Positions 1 through 8,016 of a DNA stretch of 17,683 nucleotides are shown one piece after another (the stretch's first letter is position 1; each line of letters opens with the position of its first letter). The notes under the pieces are model-generated. The model had not been told where the DNA came from and did not search any database. It worked only from the letters and a program-made list of their open reading frames with translations. This DNA comes from a bacterium (GTDB lineage Bacteria > Zhuqueibacterota > Zhuqueibacteria > Oceanimicrobiales > Oceanimicrobiaceae): positions 1-17,683 of the forward strand of contig JBHHXN010000111.1 in NCBI GenBank assembly GCA_046757025.1, written 5' to 3'. A program made the translations under genes and the position numbers.

Positions 1-87
1 CCTCTTAATTAACAGTTGGTTTATGAATCACGTCACGAAGTGAGAAATGTTAATCTCCTTATTTAAATTGATTGCATAAATTTTAAA

Positions 88-271
88 GTTACAATTCAGC
101 CGGGGTGGTCATTCTGAGCACCAACTCCGGATTCTTTGCCCAACTCCACTGGTGCGGAAGTACGAGGAGTCGCTTTACCGGTTCACAAGATGCTTCGCGC
201 AGGTTCTTCCGGCGGGATGCTCAGCATTTGAGAGTTTACGCTCAGCATGACGGATTAGACTGATCAGTTAC
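88..271. mobile_element. MITE-like element, family 1 (GTAACTATTCAGCC-type ends), copy 1, with internal REP-like palindrome
   Basis: Ends GTTACAATTCAGCC (88-101) and GACTGATCAGTTAC (258-271) are imperfect inverted repeats. A perfect 8-bp direct repeat ATTTTAAA flanks it (80-87 and 272-279). Hand alignment gives about 78% identity over the full length to 10139-10323. Internal inverted arms GTCATTCTGAGC...GCTCAGCATGAC. Confidence 0.85.
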
Positions 272-352
272 ATTTTAAAAGAATAAAATTAAAAAGCAAG
301 TGAAATTAAAAGTTGCTGTGTTATTTTAATTTAACTTATAAACGTATTTTGA

Positions 353-850
353 CATTCTAGACGGCTATTGTTAAAACAGCTGTATGATTTTCTTAAGGAC
401 TCTGGTAAAAGTAGTGCTGAGAATGTCGTTTTGTGTGATTTGCATTAAGAAGCAGTTAAAATCTATCCTGCAATCGAAGGTGTTCAAAGTAAAAAAGATT
501 TTTTCGGAATGACGACTATTTATCAATTTCGAAATAAAAATACCCGAATAGATGAATTTACGATGTTACAAAAGTCAAATGCGAATTCAAAAATCTTAAT
601 CAATAACTCCTTTTATGAAGTCATTTTTCCCTGGAACCTCACACTGAAAGATCCTTCGACTTATTCAGCAGAGAAATCAATTCGCATTTTAGAGGCTGTT
701 AATTTTGAAAAAATCTCACTTTTTAAGTTATTTGTGAAATGTCAGCACGGAAATAAAAACAAAGGGGACCCCTTTCCATCTTGTATCCTATTCCTCCTCA
801 AACCCTACTCCCATTCAATGGTACTGGGCGGTTTGGAGCTGATATCGTAA
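353..850 (+). pseudogene. Possible degraded AT-rich gene remnant of unknown family
   Basis: The frame of ORF 509-850 extends upstream to 353 with a single in-frame TAA at 446-448 (RLLLKQLYDFLKDSGKSSAENVVLCDLH*EAVKIYPAIEGVQSKKDFFGMTT...). No family is recognised and the 3' end overlaps guaA. Confidence 0.2.
751..775 (-). terminator. Possible weak intrinsic terminator after guaA
   Basis: The minus strand reads AAAGGG-GTC-CCCTTT followed by GTTTTTATTT, about 30 nt after the guaA stop. The stem is short. Confidence 0.35.
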
Positions 851-2361
851 ACCACACGATTCACTCCCCTGACTTCATTGATGATGCGATTTGATATTGT
901 TGCCAGCAGTTCGGCGGGAATTCTTGCCCAGTCCGCGGTCATGCCGTCCACGCTGGTGACCGCACGCAATCCGATGACGTTGTCGTAGGTGCGCTGATCG
1001 CCCATCACGCCCACGGTCTTCACGGGAAGCAAAACCGCAAAGGCTTGCCAGATTTTATCATACCAGTGGTTATTTTTGAGCTCCTCGATGTAAATCCAAT
1101 CGACTTCCTGTAGAAGTTGAATCCGCTCCAGAGTCACCTCGCCTAAAATCCGTACCGCCAGGCCAGGGCCGGGAAAGGGATGTCGATTCAGCATGTCCTC
1201 CGGCAGACCCAGAGCTTTGCCCACGGTGCGCACTTCGTCTTTGAACAGATCCCGCAACGGCTCCACCAGCTTTAAATTCATTTTCTCAGGTAAGCCTCCT
1301 ACGTTGTGATGGGTTTTGATGGTGACCGCCGGTCCTTTCACCGAAGCGCTCTCGATGACGTCCGGATACAGCGTTCCCTGAACCAAATACTCCACATCGG
1401 AGAGTTTTTCGGATTCCTGTTCAAAAATCTCTATAAAAGTATTGCCGATGATTTTTCTTTTCTCCTCGGGATCGGTGACGTTATGCAGGCGACTTAGAAA
1501 CCGCTCGGCCGCATCGACGATTAAAATGTTTGAATTAAAATACTCTGTAAAGGTATCTTCTACTTGCAAGGCTTCGTTTTTGCGCAAAAGCCCGGTATCC
1601 ACGAAGATGCACTGCAGCTTGTTTCCCACCGCTTTGAACACCAACGCCGCCGCCACGGCCGAGTCCACACCGCCGCTTAAGCCACAAATCGCTTTGGAAG
1701 AACCGATGGTTTCCTTCAGCTCGGCAACGGCGGTGTGGATAAAGGACTCCGAAGACCAGTTACCGCGACATTTGCAAATTTCAAATAAAAAGTTTTTCAG
1801 AATTTGCTTGCCCTGCACCGTATGCGCAACTTCCGGATGAAACTGCACACAGTAAAGTTGGCGGGCGGGCTGCACCACTGCCGCGTAGTGTGAGGAATCG
1901 GTACACGCCAGAACTTCGAATCCGGACGGCAGCTCAGTCAGCGAATCACCGTGGCTCATCCAGACCCGGGTAGTGGCGCCGAGGTCGCGAAACAGCTTCT
2001 CGTGATTTTCGATTTTGAGCTCCGCAAGCCCATACTCGCGCCTTTCTGCTTTAGCTACCTGGCCGCCGTAAAAATGACTGACGAGCTGCAATCCGTAACA
2101 AATGCCCAAAATCGGAATGGACAGTTCGAACAGTCCTTCCTCCGGTACGGGCGCATCGCGGTCATATACCGAAGCCGGTCCGCCGGATAAAATAATGCCC
2201 TTCGGCTGGTGTTTTTTTATCTCTTGAAGAGAATAGTTAAACGGTTTGATCTCTGAGTAAACCCCCAGCTCCCGTACTTTGCGGGTAATGAGCTGGGTAT
2301 ATTGCGAACCGAAGTCGAGAATCAGAATATATTCTTCAGGATGGCGTTTCATAGAAACCAT
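805..2361 (-). CDS. guaA: GMP synthase (glutamine-hydrolysing)
   Basis: Class I glutamine amidotransferase motifs [13 protein letters not shown] and QFHPEV; ATP-PPase motif [28 protein letters not shown]-terminal [14 protein letters not shown] overlap with the surE stop. Confidence 0.99.
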   Translation of the reverse strand: MVSMKRHPEEYILILDFGSQYTQLITRKVRELGVYSEIKPFNYSLQEIKKHQPKGIILSGGPASVYDRDAPVPEEGLFELSIPILGICYGLQLVSHFYGGQVAKAERREYGLAELKIENHEKLFRDLGATTRVWMSHGDSLTELPSGFEVLACTDSSHYAAVVQPARQLYCVQFHPEVAHTVQGKQILKNFLFEICKCRGNWSSESFIHTAVAELKETIGSSKAICGLSGGVDSAVAAALVFKAVGNKLQCIFVDTGLLRKNEALQVEDTFTEYFNSNILIVDAAERFLSRLHNVTDPEEKRKIIGNTFIEIFEQESEKLSDVEYLVQGTLYPDVIESASVKGPAVTIKTHHNVGGLPEKMNLKLVEPLRDLFKDEVRTVGKALGLPEDMLNRHPFPGPGLAVRILGEVTLERIQLLQEVDWIYIEELKNNHWYDKIWQAFAVLLPVKTVGVMGDQRTYDNVIGLRAVTSVDGMTADWARIPAELLATISNRIINEVRGVNRVVYDISSKPPSTIEWE

Positions 2362-3125
2362 CAGGGTGTGATGTTCCAGGATTTTAATTCATCCAAATAT
2401 CCGTAATTTGTCAGGTCGTAATGGATGGGGGTGATGGATACCTGGTTATTTTTGATGGCGCAGTCGTCCACGCTGCTGTCTTCTTCCAATTGAACTTTTT
2501 TGCCGGTCAACCAGTAATAAACCCGGTTTTGCGGATCGGTTCGTTTATCGAATCTCTCTCGGTAGGTCGCCTGTCCCTGGCGAGTGACCACCACGCCGTT
2601 GATTTCATCTTCGGTCACCGGCGGCACATTCACGTTCAAAAAGGTGCCGGCAGGCAGGCCTTTCGCCAAAATCATTTTTGCCAGTTTGCGGGCAAATTTA
2701 GCTGCGTAAGCAAATTCCGCTTCGGTATAGGTGGTCAAAGAAATGGCAAAGGAAGGGATGTTTAAAATGGTACCTTCGGTTGCGGCCGAAACGGTTCCGG
2801 AATAAATGATGTTGATGCCGGTGTTGGAACCGAAGTTAATGCCGGAAATCAGCAAATCCGGCTTAAAATCGAGCAGGGCCCAGTAGGCGATTTTCACGCA
2901 ATCTGCAGGGGTACCGTTGACGGCGTACCCAAAAAATTCGCCGTTTTTTTCATAGTTCCACACCCGTAGCGGGTCGGACAGGGTGATTGCGTGGCCCACC
3001 GCGCTTTTTTCGCTATCAGGCGCCACCACAACCACTTCCCCGATCTTTCTAATTTGTGAATGCAGCGCGGCCAGTCCCGGAGCATGGATTCCATCATCGT
3101 TGGTCAAAAGAATTTTAGGTTTCAT
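2361..3125 (-). CDS. surE: 5'/3'-nucleotidase SurE
   Basis: Motifs [24 protein letters not shown] and [14 protein letters not shown] at 3125 was chosen; an alternative TTG at 3140 overlaps the accD stop. Confidence 0.97.
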   Translation of the reverse strand: MKPKILLTNDDGIHAPGLAALHSQIRKIGEVVVVAPDSEKSAVGHAITLSDPLRVWNYEKNGEFFGYAVNGTPADCVKIAYWALLDFKPDLLISGINFGSNTGINIIYSGTVSAATEGTILNIPSFAISLTTYTEAEFAYAAKFARKLAKMILAKGLPAGTFLNVNVPPVTEDEINGVVVTRQGQATYRERFDKRTDPQNRVYYWLTGKKVQLEEDSSVDDCAIKNNQVSITPIHYDLTNYGYLDELKSWNITP

Positions 3126-3136
3126 GCGTGTTGATT

Positions 3137-4087
3137 TCAATTTTTTGAAGGAGGTCGATCAAAATCCTCCACCGCTGCCACGGTCTTTTCAACCAGATTT
3201 TCGACTTGTTTCACATCTACCGATCCGTTTGTGGAATCGCTGTTCAGGGCGTTATCAGAAGCAAAATCCAGAACGATCTTCAGTTTGGCACGCATTTCGT
3301 GTCGACTCACTACGGCGTCCACGAATCCGTGACGAAGCTGAAACTCCGAACGTTGAAAGCCGTCTGGTAAATCCTGACCAATGGTCTGTTTGATAACTCG
3401 GGGGCCGGCGAATCCGATGAGGGCTCCGGGCTCGGACAGGATCACATCACCCAGCATGGCGTAGCTGGCGGTGACGCCGCCCGTGGTGGGATCGGTTAAA
3501 ACCGAAATGAAGAGCACACCGGCATCGGACAAACGCGCCAGACGCGCCGAAGTCTTGGCTAATTGCATAAGCGAGATCGCACCTTCCATCATGCGGGCAC
3601 CTCCGGAAGCCGACAAAATGATCAGCGGCCATTTGCGCTGCAACGCCTCGTCGGTGGCACGGGCAATTTTCTCGCCCACTACCGAACCCATGCTGCCGCC
3701 GATGAAGCGAAAATCCATCACGCAAAAAACCACTTTGTGACCGTAAATGGCGCCAAAACCCGTACGTACCGCATCGTTGATACCGGTTCTTTTCCGGGCG
3801 TCTTTGATTTGATCCGAGTACTTTTTCAGGGCTTTGAATTTCAGAAAATCCACCGAGGATATCTGCGCGTTGATTTCATCGAACTGACCGTCATCCAACA
3901 AAATTTTTATGTAGTCAGAGCTTTTGATTCTGAAATGGAACTGACATTTCGTACAAACATAATAATTGCTTTCTAACTGGCGCTTGTAAATGATTTCCTG
4001 ACAACCGTCACATTTCACCCACAATTCGGGCATGTCTTTCCGTTTTTGCGGCTTCAGACCCTTTTTCGCTCTTTTAAACCAATCCAT
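3137..4087 (-). CDS. accD: Acetyl-CoA carboxylase carboxyltransferase beta subunit
   Basis: N-terminal C4 zinc finger (WVKCDGC...CTKC), GGSMGSVVGEK, SGGARMMEG, PTTGGVTAS and GFAGPRVI. Shine-Dalgarno AGGAGG upstream. Confidence 0.98.
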   Translation of the reverse strand: MDWFKRAKKGLKPQKRKDMPELWVKCDGCQEIIYKRQLESNYYVCTKCQFHFRIKSSDYIKILLDDGQFDEINAQISSVDFLKFKALKKYSDQIKDARKRTGINDAVRTGFGAIYGHKVVFCVMDFRFIGGSMGSVVGEKIARATDEALQRKWPLIILSASGGARMMEGAISLMQLAKTSARLARLSDAGVLFISVLTDPTTGGVTASYAMLGDVILSEPGALIGFAGPRVIKQTIGQDLPDGFQRSEFQLRHGFVDAVVSRHEMRAKLKIVLDFASDNALNSDSTNGSVDVKQVENLVEKTVAAVEDFDRPPSKN

Positions 4088-4101
4088 ACCACTAAACCCT
4101 C

Positions 4102-4608
4102 CTAAATAGATAGACTCATCAAAAGTGCATCTTCTTTATCTTTTGAGTAATAGTTCTTACGAATTCCAAAAATTGTAAAACCGTGCTTCAAATATAACTT
4201 TTGTGCTGGCACATTCGACCTGCGCACTTCTAAATAAATAAACTGAACTCCTTTATACTTGCAGTACTCCAACAAAGTTCGAAGTAAAAAAGAACCCAGA
4301 GAGTTTTTTCTAAATTTTGGATGGATGCCAAAAGTGCCAATATGAGCTTCATTGTCGTACATCCAGCCGATGGAATAACCGATGACATTTCCGCGATGCT
4401 CGATGACCAGAGCATACGAATGCGGGTTGACCAGCAATTCATGCGTAAGGCTGTTTGGCGACCACGGTGTTGAAAAACTGGCCTTTTCCAGCTCGGCAAC
4501 CGCCGGCAGATCCGGAATTTGCATGGTTCGAACACGGAACGCTCGTTCACCATTTGCAATGGTGGTGGAACCCCTTACTTGAATATCCTCAACGTTTGTC
4601 ATAATCAT
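4102..4608 (-). CDS. rimI: RimI-family GNAT N-acetyltransferase (ribosomal protein S18 alanine acetyltransferase type)
   Basis: Motifs ELEKASFSTPWS, LEVRRSNVPAQKLY and GIRKNYY...EDALLM. Usual position after tsaB. The exact start is uncertain. Confidence 0.9.
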   Translation of the reverse strand: MIMTNVEDIQVRGSTTIANGERAFRVRTMQIPDLPAVAELEKASFSTPWSPNSLTHELLVNPHSYALVIEHRGNVIGYSIGWMYDNEAHIGTFGIHPKFRKNSLGSFLLRTLLEYCKYKGVQFIYLEVRRSNVPAQKLYLKHGFTIFGIRKNYYSKDKEDALLMSLSI

Positions 4609-5272
4609 AAACTTTGCGTTTGGGCTCGAAATCCTTTAAATAAAACGGTTCCAGCGAATCCAGATCGGCCGTTTCCTTTTTTAACAGCTTCTCGTAGCCC
4701 ATCTGTGCAACCGTAAACGGACGAATCACTCGGTAGTCAGCCGGCGCCCAGACAATTTTTTCACTATCCAGATTTTCCATGGCCAATTCTGTGGGGCACA
4801 CAACAAACGTTCTTTCGGATAAATTTTCAATCGCCTCGCGCAACGGCATAATTCGATAATCGCCACAACGACGGAGAATTTCAGAATCTTTCTCATACAA
4901 GCCAAAGTACACTTCCGTAGCCCGCGCTTTGATGACGACACAAATCCGTCCGCTCCAGAAATTGACGGCCTGTGCCAATGCGTCCAGACTGTTCACACTC
5001 AGTACGGGAATGTCTAATACGAATGCCAGTCCTTTGGCCGCAGCCAGCCCGATTCTCAACCCGGTGAAAGAACCCGGTCCCGTCACCAGGGCCAGGCCAG
5101 AGAGGTCGGTAAGCTGCCAGCCCGCTTCCGCGACCAAATTCTGAATGGCGGAAATCAGTTTTTCGTTGTGCACATTTTTTCGATTCAAAACGTATTCCGC
5201 CACCAGCTGGTTGTTTTCCGTGAGGGCGATGCCACAAACATCGGTGGCGGTTGTGATGGCCAGCAGTCTCAT
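4589..5272 (-). CDS. tsaB: tRNA t6A37 biosynthesis protein TsaB
   Basis: N-terminus MRLLAITTAT, signature GPGSFTGLRIG and C-terminal LEPFYLK. ATGA overlap with tsaE. Confidence 0.95.
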   Translation of the reverse strand: MRLLAITTATDVCGIALTENNQLVAEYVLNRKNVHNEKLISAIQNLVAEAGWQLTDLSGLALVTGPGSFTGLRIGLAAAKGLAFVLDIPVLSVNSLDALAQAVNFWSGRICVVIKARATEVYFGLYEKDSEILRRCGDYRIMPLREAIENLSERTFVVCPTELAMENLDSEKIVWAPADYRVIRPFTVAQMGYEKLLKKETADLDSLEPFYLKDFEPKRKVYDYDKR

Positions 5273-5775
5273 TTGACTTTGAATCGGATGATTCTGCAGC
5301 TTTCCGCCCCCTTATGAGTCTCGTGCTGCAGCCACACTTCGAAACGTTTTGCGGGTAAAAATTCCACGGCGCGATCCGCCCATTCGATCAAACAAATCCC
5401 GCGGCCGTAAAAATATTCATCGCATCCCAGTTCGAGAATTTCGCTGGCAGTTTGTATGCGATAGAAATCAAAATGGTAAACGGGTAGCTGGCCCTGGTAT
5501 TCATGAATCAACGTGAAAGTCGGGCTGGTGGCTTCATCCTCAACCTGCAAACCCGCACAAACGCCTTTGATAAAGGTGGTTTTGCCGCTGCCCAGATCGC
5601 CAAACAGCGCAACCACCGAACCCGGCGTCAGAGTCGCAGCTAACTGTTCGCCAAGGCTTAAAGTCTCTTCAGCACTGGTTGAAATGATTTCCTCATCGAG
5701 TTTAAGCGGTTCAGCGGATGTAGTGGCTGCCTGTGTGTCATGCCTTTTCATTTTAATGCAAACAATCGCACTCAA
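5269..5775 (-). CDS. tsaE: tRNA t6A37 biosynthesis ATPase TsaE
   Basis: P-loop GDLGSGKTT, TSPTFTL, HFDFYR and LIEWA. The start is either TTG 5775 (just after the upstream stop) or ATG 5751. Confidence 0.96.
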   Translation of the reverse strand: MSAIVCIKMKRHDTQAATTSAEPLKLDEEIISTSAEETLSLGEQLAATLTPGSVVALFGDLGSGKTTFIKGVCAGLQVEDEATSPTFTLIHEYQGQLPVYHFDFYRIQTASEILELGCDEYFYGRGICLIEWADRAVEFLPAKRFEVWLQHETHKGAESCRIIRFKVK

Positions 5776-5776
5776 A

Positions 5777-7342
5777 TCAAGCTGTTTTGGGTTCCATAGT
5801 CACCACCGGTAAAATCATCTCCTCGATGGATGCACCGCCGTGTTGCAAACTGTCCCGGAAATAATTCAGATAATGATGATAATTCGTCGGATAAACAAAA
5901 TAATAATCTTCTTTGGCAATTAAAAAATTGGCGTTGAGCCCTTTTGCAGGCAGCTTATATTGCGCGGGATCCTTTATGACGATCGCCTGCTTGGGATCTA
6001 CTTTCAGGCTTTTGCCAATTTTGTAGCGCAAATTGGTGGAGGTCTCGCGATCACCGATTACTTTCGCCCCGCGCATGCCGCGAACGCTGCCGTGATCCGA
6101 GGTCACCACCACGTAGCAATTACGACTTGAAAGCTCCTTCAGGATTTGAAAGATGTACGAATGCTCGAACCAGGATTTGGTGAGCGAACGATAGGCCGAT
6201 TCATCGGGTGTAATCTCACGCAAAATCTCCGAATCGCTACGGCTGTGCGCCAGCATGTCCACAAAATTCACTACGATGGCCAACAGCGGAATGTTCGAGT
6301 AGGTGGAAATCTTGTTCACTAGATTTTTAGCCTCGTTGACGTCCAATATTTTCACGTACTTGGAATCGGGCTTGAGCTGGATGCCCAGGCGCTGTAACTG
6401 GTAATCCAGCAGTTGATGTTCAAAGCGATTCAGGCTCAGCTCGTCGTCCAAGCCGTCTGACCAAAGCTCGGGATACTGTTCTTCAATTTCTCCTGGAAAC
6501 AGTCCGCTGAAAATCGCATTTCTCGAATAGGGCGTGGCCGTGGGTAAAATGGAAAAATAGATCTCTTTCTTTAAATCGTAATAAGGATAAAGCAGGGGAG
6601 CGAGGGTCAACCACTGGTCCAGCCGCAAATTATCGATCACCAAAAACACCACATTCTTTTTTTCGTTCAGAAGCGGCGCCACAAAATTTTTCACCAGTTC
6701 TGTGGAAAGAACCGGGGCATCGATTTCTTTGTGAATCCACAACGGGTAATTCTTTTCCACAAACCGGCCAAATTCGGCGTTACACTCACGCATCTGATCG
6801 CGCAGCGTTTGTTTCAGACCCAGCTCTTTGTGTTGATCGGTTTCAATTTCCCATTCACAAATCATGGAATAGATTTTGATCCAGTCGCGCCAGTCCTGTG
6901 GTTGCAGCAGCATCTGGGAAATTTCATTGAATTCAGAAATATAGTCGCGAGAAATCCGCTCGCCGGTAATTTTATTTCGCTCCAGGATTTTTTTACAGAT
7001 CAACAAGATTTGACTGGGGTTGACCGGTTTGGTCAAATAATCGTCAATTTTACTGCCAATGGCGTCCACCATGAGCGATTCTTCTTCACTTTTCGTGACC
7101 ATCACCACCGGCAGCGACGGATCCATTTCTTTAATTTCTGCCAACGCCGTCAGCCCGTCTTTGCCGTGCAACATTTCATCCAGCAAGACCATATCGAATT
7201 TCTCTTTGGCAATCAATGCCAGGGCGTCATCGGCATTAGTCACCGGCGTGAGCCGATAACCCTTTTCCTCTAAAAATAGAATATGAGACCGCAACAATTC
7301 GATCTCATCATCCACCCAGAGTATTTTTCCTTTTAAGGCCAT
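5777..7342 (-). CDS. porX: PorX-like response regulator: receiver domain fused to a PglZ (alkaline-phosphatase superfamily) domain
   Basis: Receiver residues WVDDE, LLDEM, MVTKSEEE and YLTKPVNPSQIL; PglZ motifs IDNLRLDQW, LPTATPYSRNAIFSG, NFVDMLAH, SDHG and QHGGAS. Directly upstream of tsaE, as in Bacteroidota. Start moved to ATG 7342 (521 aa) because the TTG at 7378 lies in the -10 box. Confidence 0.9.
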   Translation of the reverse strand: MALKGKILWVDDEIELLRSHILFLEEKGYRLTPVTNADDALALIAKEKFDMVLLDEMLHGKDGLTALAEIKEMDPSLPVVMVTKSEEESLMVDAIGSKIDDYLTKPVNPSQILLICKKILERNKITGERISRDYISEFNEISQMLLQPQDWRDWIKIYSMICEWEIETDQHKELGLKQTLRDQMRECNAEFGRFVEKNYPLWIHKEIDAPVLSTELVKNFVAPLLNEKKNVVFLVIDNLRLDQWLTLAPLLYPYYDLKKEIYFSILPTATPYSRNAIFSGLFPGEIEEQYPELWSDGLDDELSLNRFEHQLLDYQLQRLGIQLKPDSKYVKILDVNEAKNLVNKISTYSNIPLLAIVVNFVDMLAHSRSDSEILREITPDESAYRSLTKSWFEHSYIFQILKELSSRNCYVVVTSDHGSVRGMRGAKVIGDRETSTNLRYKIGKSLKVDPKQAIVIKDPAQYKLPAKGLNANFLIAKEDYYFVYPTNYHHYLNYFRDSLQHGGASIEEMILPVVTMEPKTA

Positions 7343-7376
7343 AATTTTCGTTTTTAAACCCACAAATGCTAATTTC

Positions 7377-7405
7377 AAAATAGTAAATTTTCACTCCATT
7401 GTCAA
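7377..7405 (-). promoter_or_regulatory. Sigma70-type promoter of the porX-guaA operon
   Basis: Minus strand TTGACA (7405-7400), 17-nt spacer, TATTTT (7382-7377), about 35 nt upstream of the porX ATG. Confidence 0.7.
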
Positions 7406-7496
7406 CAGCATTTTAGCCCGGCTGACCTCTCTTAAATTGAACGATTCCTGACCGAGTGGGGACAAAGTGCTGGAGTGAAGGGAAAAACACGGCGAA

Positions 7497-7579
7497 GAGC
7501 CTGTGTGAAACGCACAACCTACCTCTGCATTCAAGATGTTGTAGGTTTTTAGTCAGCATACCGACTTTTCACATAATCG
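7497..7579. repeat. Degenerate MITE-like element with GAG(G/C)CTGTGTGAAAAGTC-type ends
   Basis: GAGCCTGTGTGAAA (7497-7510) matches 10018-10031 at 13/14. GACTTTTCACA (7563-7573) is the exact reverse complement of TGTGAAAAGTC (10025-10035). Internal arms AACCTAC/GTAGGTT. Confidence 0.4.
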
Positions 7580-7664
7580 GTGAAACATGAACACCCTTGA
7601 TTCTGAACACTTGAATCCCTTAATGGGACCAGTCAACACAAAATCGCTCAATTCAAGTACCAAT

Positions 7665-7840
7665 AACTCCGTCCGTAGTGACCTGTTCCAAGCGTCCCGG
7701 TGTTCAGCAAGAAATTGTGGAATACGGTCAGGTGGTTTAAGCGGGAAGCCATTGGTGAGTTAGGCACGTGATTCCCGATGAGCTTGTCCTTGCATGCCGT
7801 AAACAGGAAGCATTTGAGAATGACGCTTACGGATGGACAC
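7665..7840. mobile_element. MITE-like element, family 2, inverted and degenerate copy of 12705-12825
   Basis: Right end TACGGATGGACAC (7828-7840) is identical to 12813-12825. 7736-7778 matches the reverse complement of the 12.7-kb element's interior at 37/43. Left end TCCGTCCGTA (7668-7677) is degenerate. Confidence 0.75.
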
Positions 7841-8016
7841 GAATGAGGTAAAGCTTCTCGAGCAATACTTAAAAAGAAAGTTTGAAGACAAGTTGAGATA
7901 GTTGGATGAGAAGTAATAGTTGGTGGAACATCTAAAAAGGTTCTCCCCGCAATTCCCCTCAGATGCCTAAAAACACCGCCAGTTTCACGACAAATTATAG
8001 CGAATCTACTATTGCC

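Noticed and set aside
2340..2400. Purine riboswitch upstream of guaA
   Set aside because: guaA overlaps the surE stop (TGATG), leaving no leader.
1306..7273. Numerous 60-180 aa alternative-frame and antisense ORFs inside the housekeeping operon
   Set aside because: All lie within well-supported genes and show no motifs, so they are shadow ORFs. The same applies to those inside 11046-12130 and 13109-17494.
5777..7342. PglZ domain as a sign of a BREX defence system
   Set aside because: It is fused to a receiver domain in the PorX layout and has no brxC, pglX or brxL neighbours.
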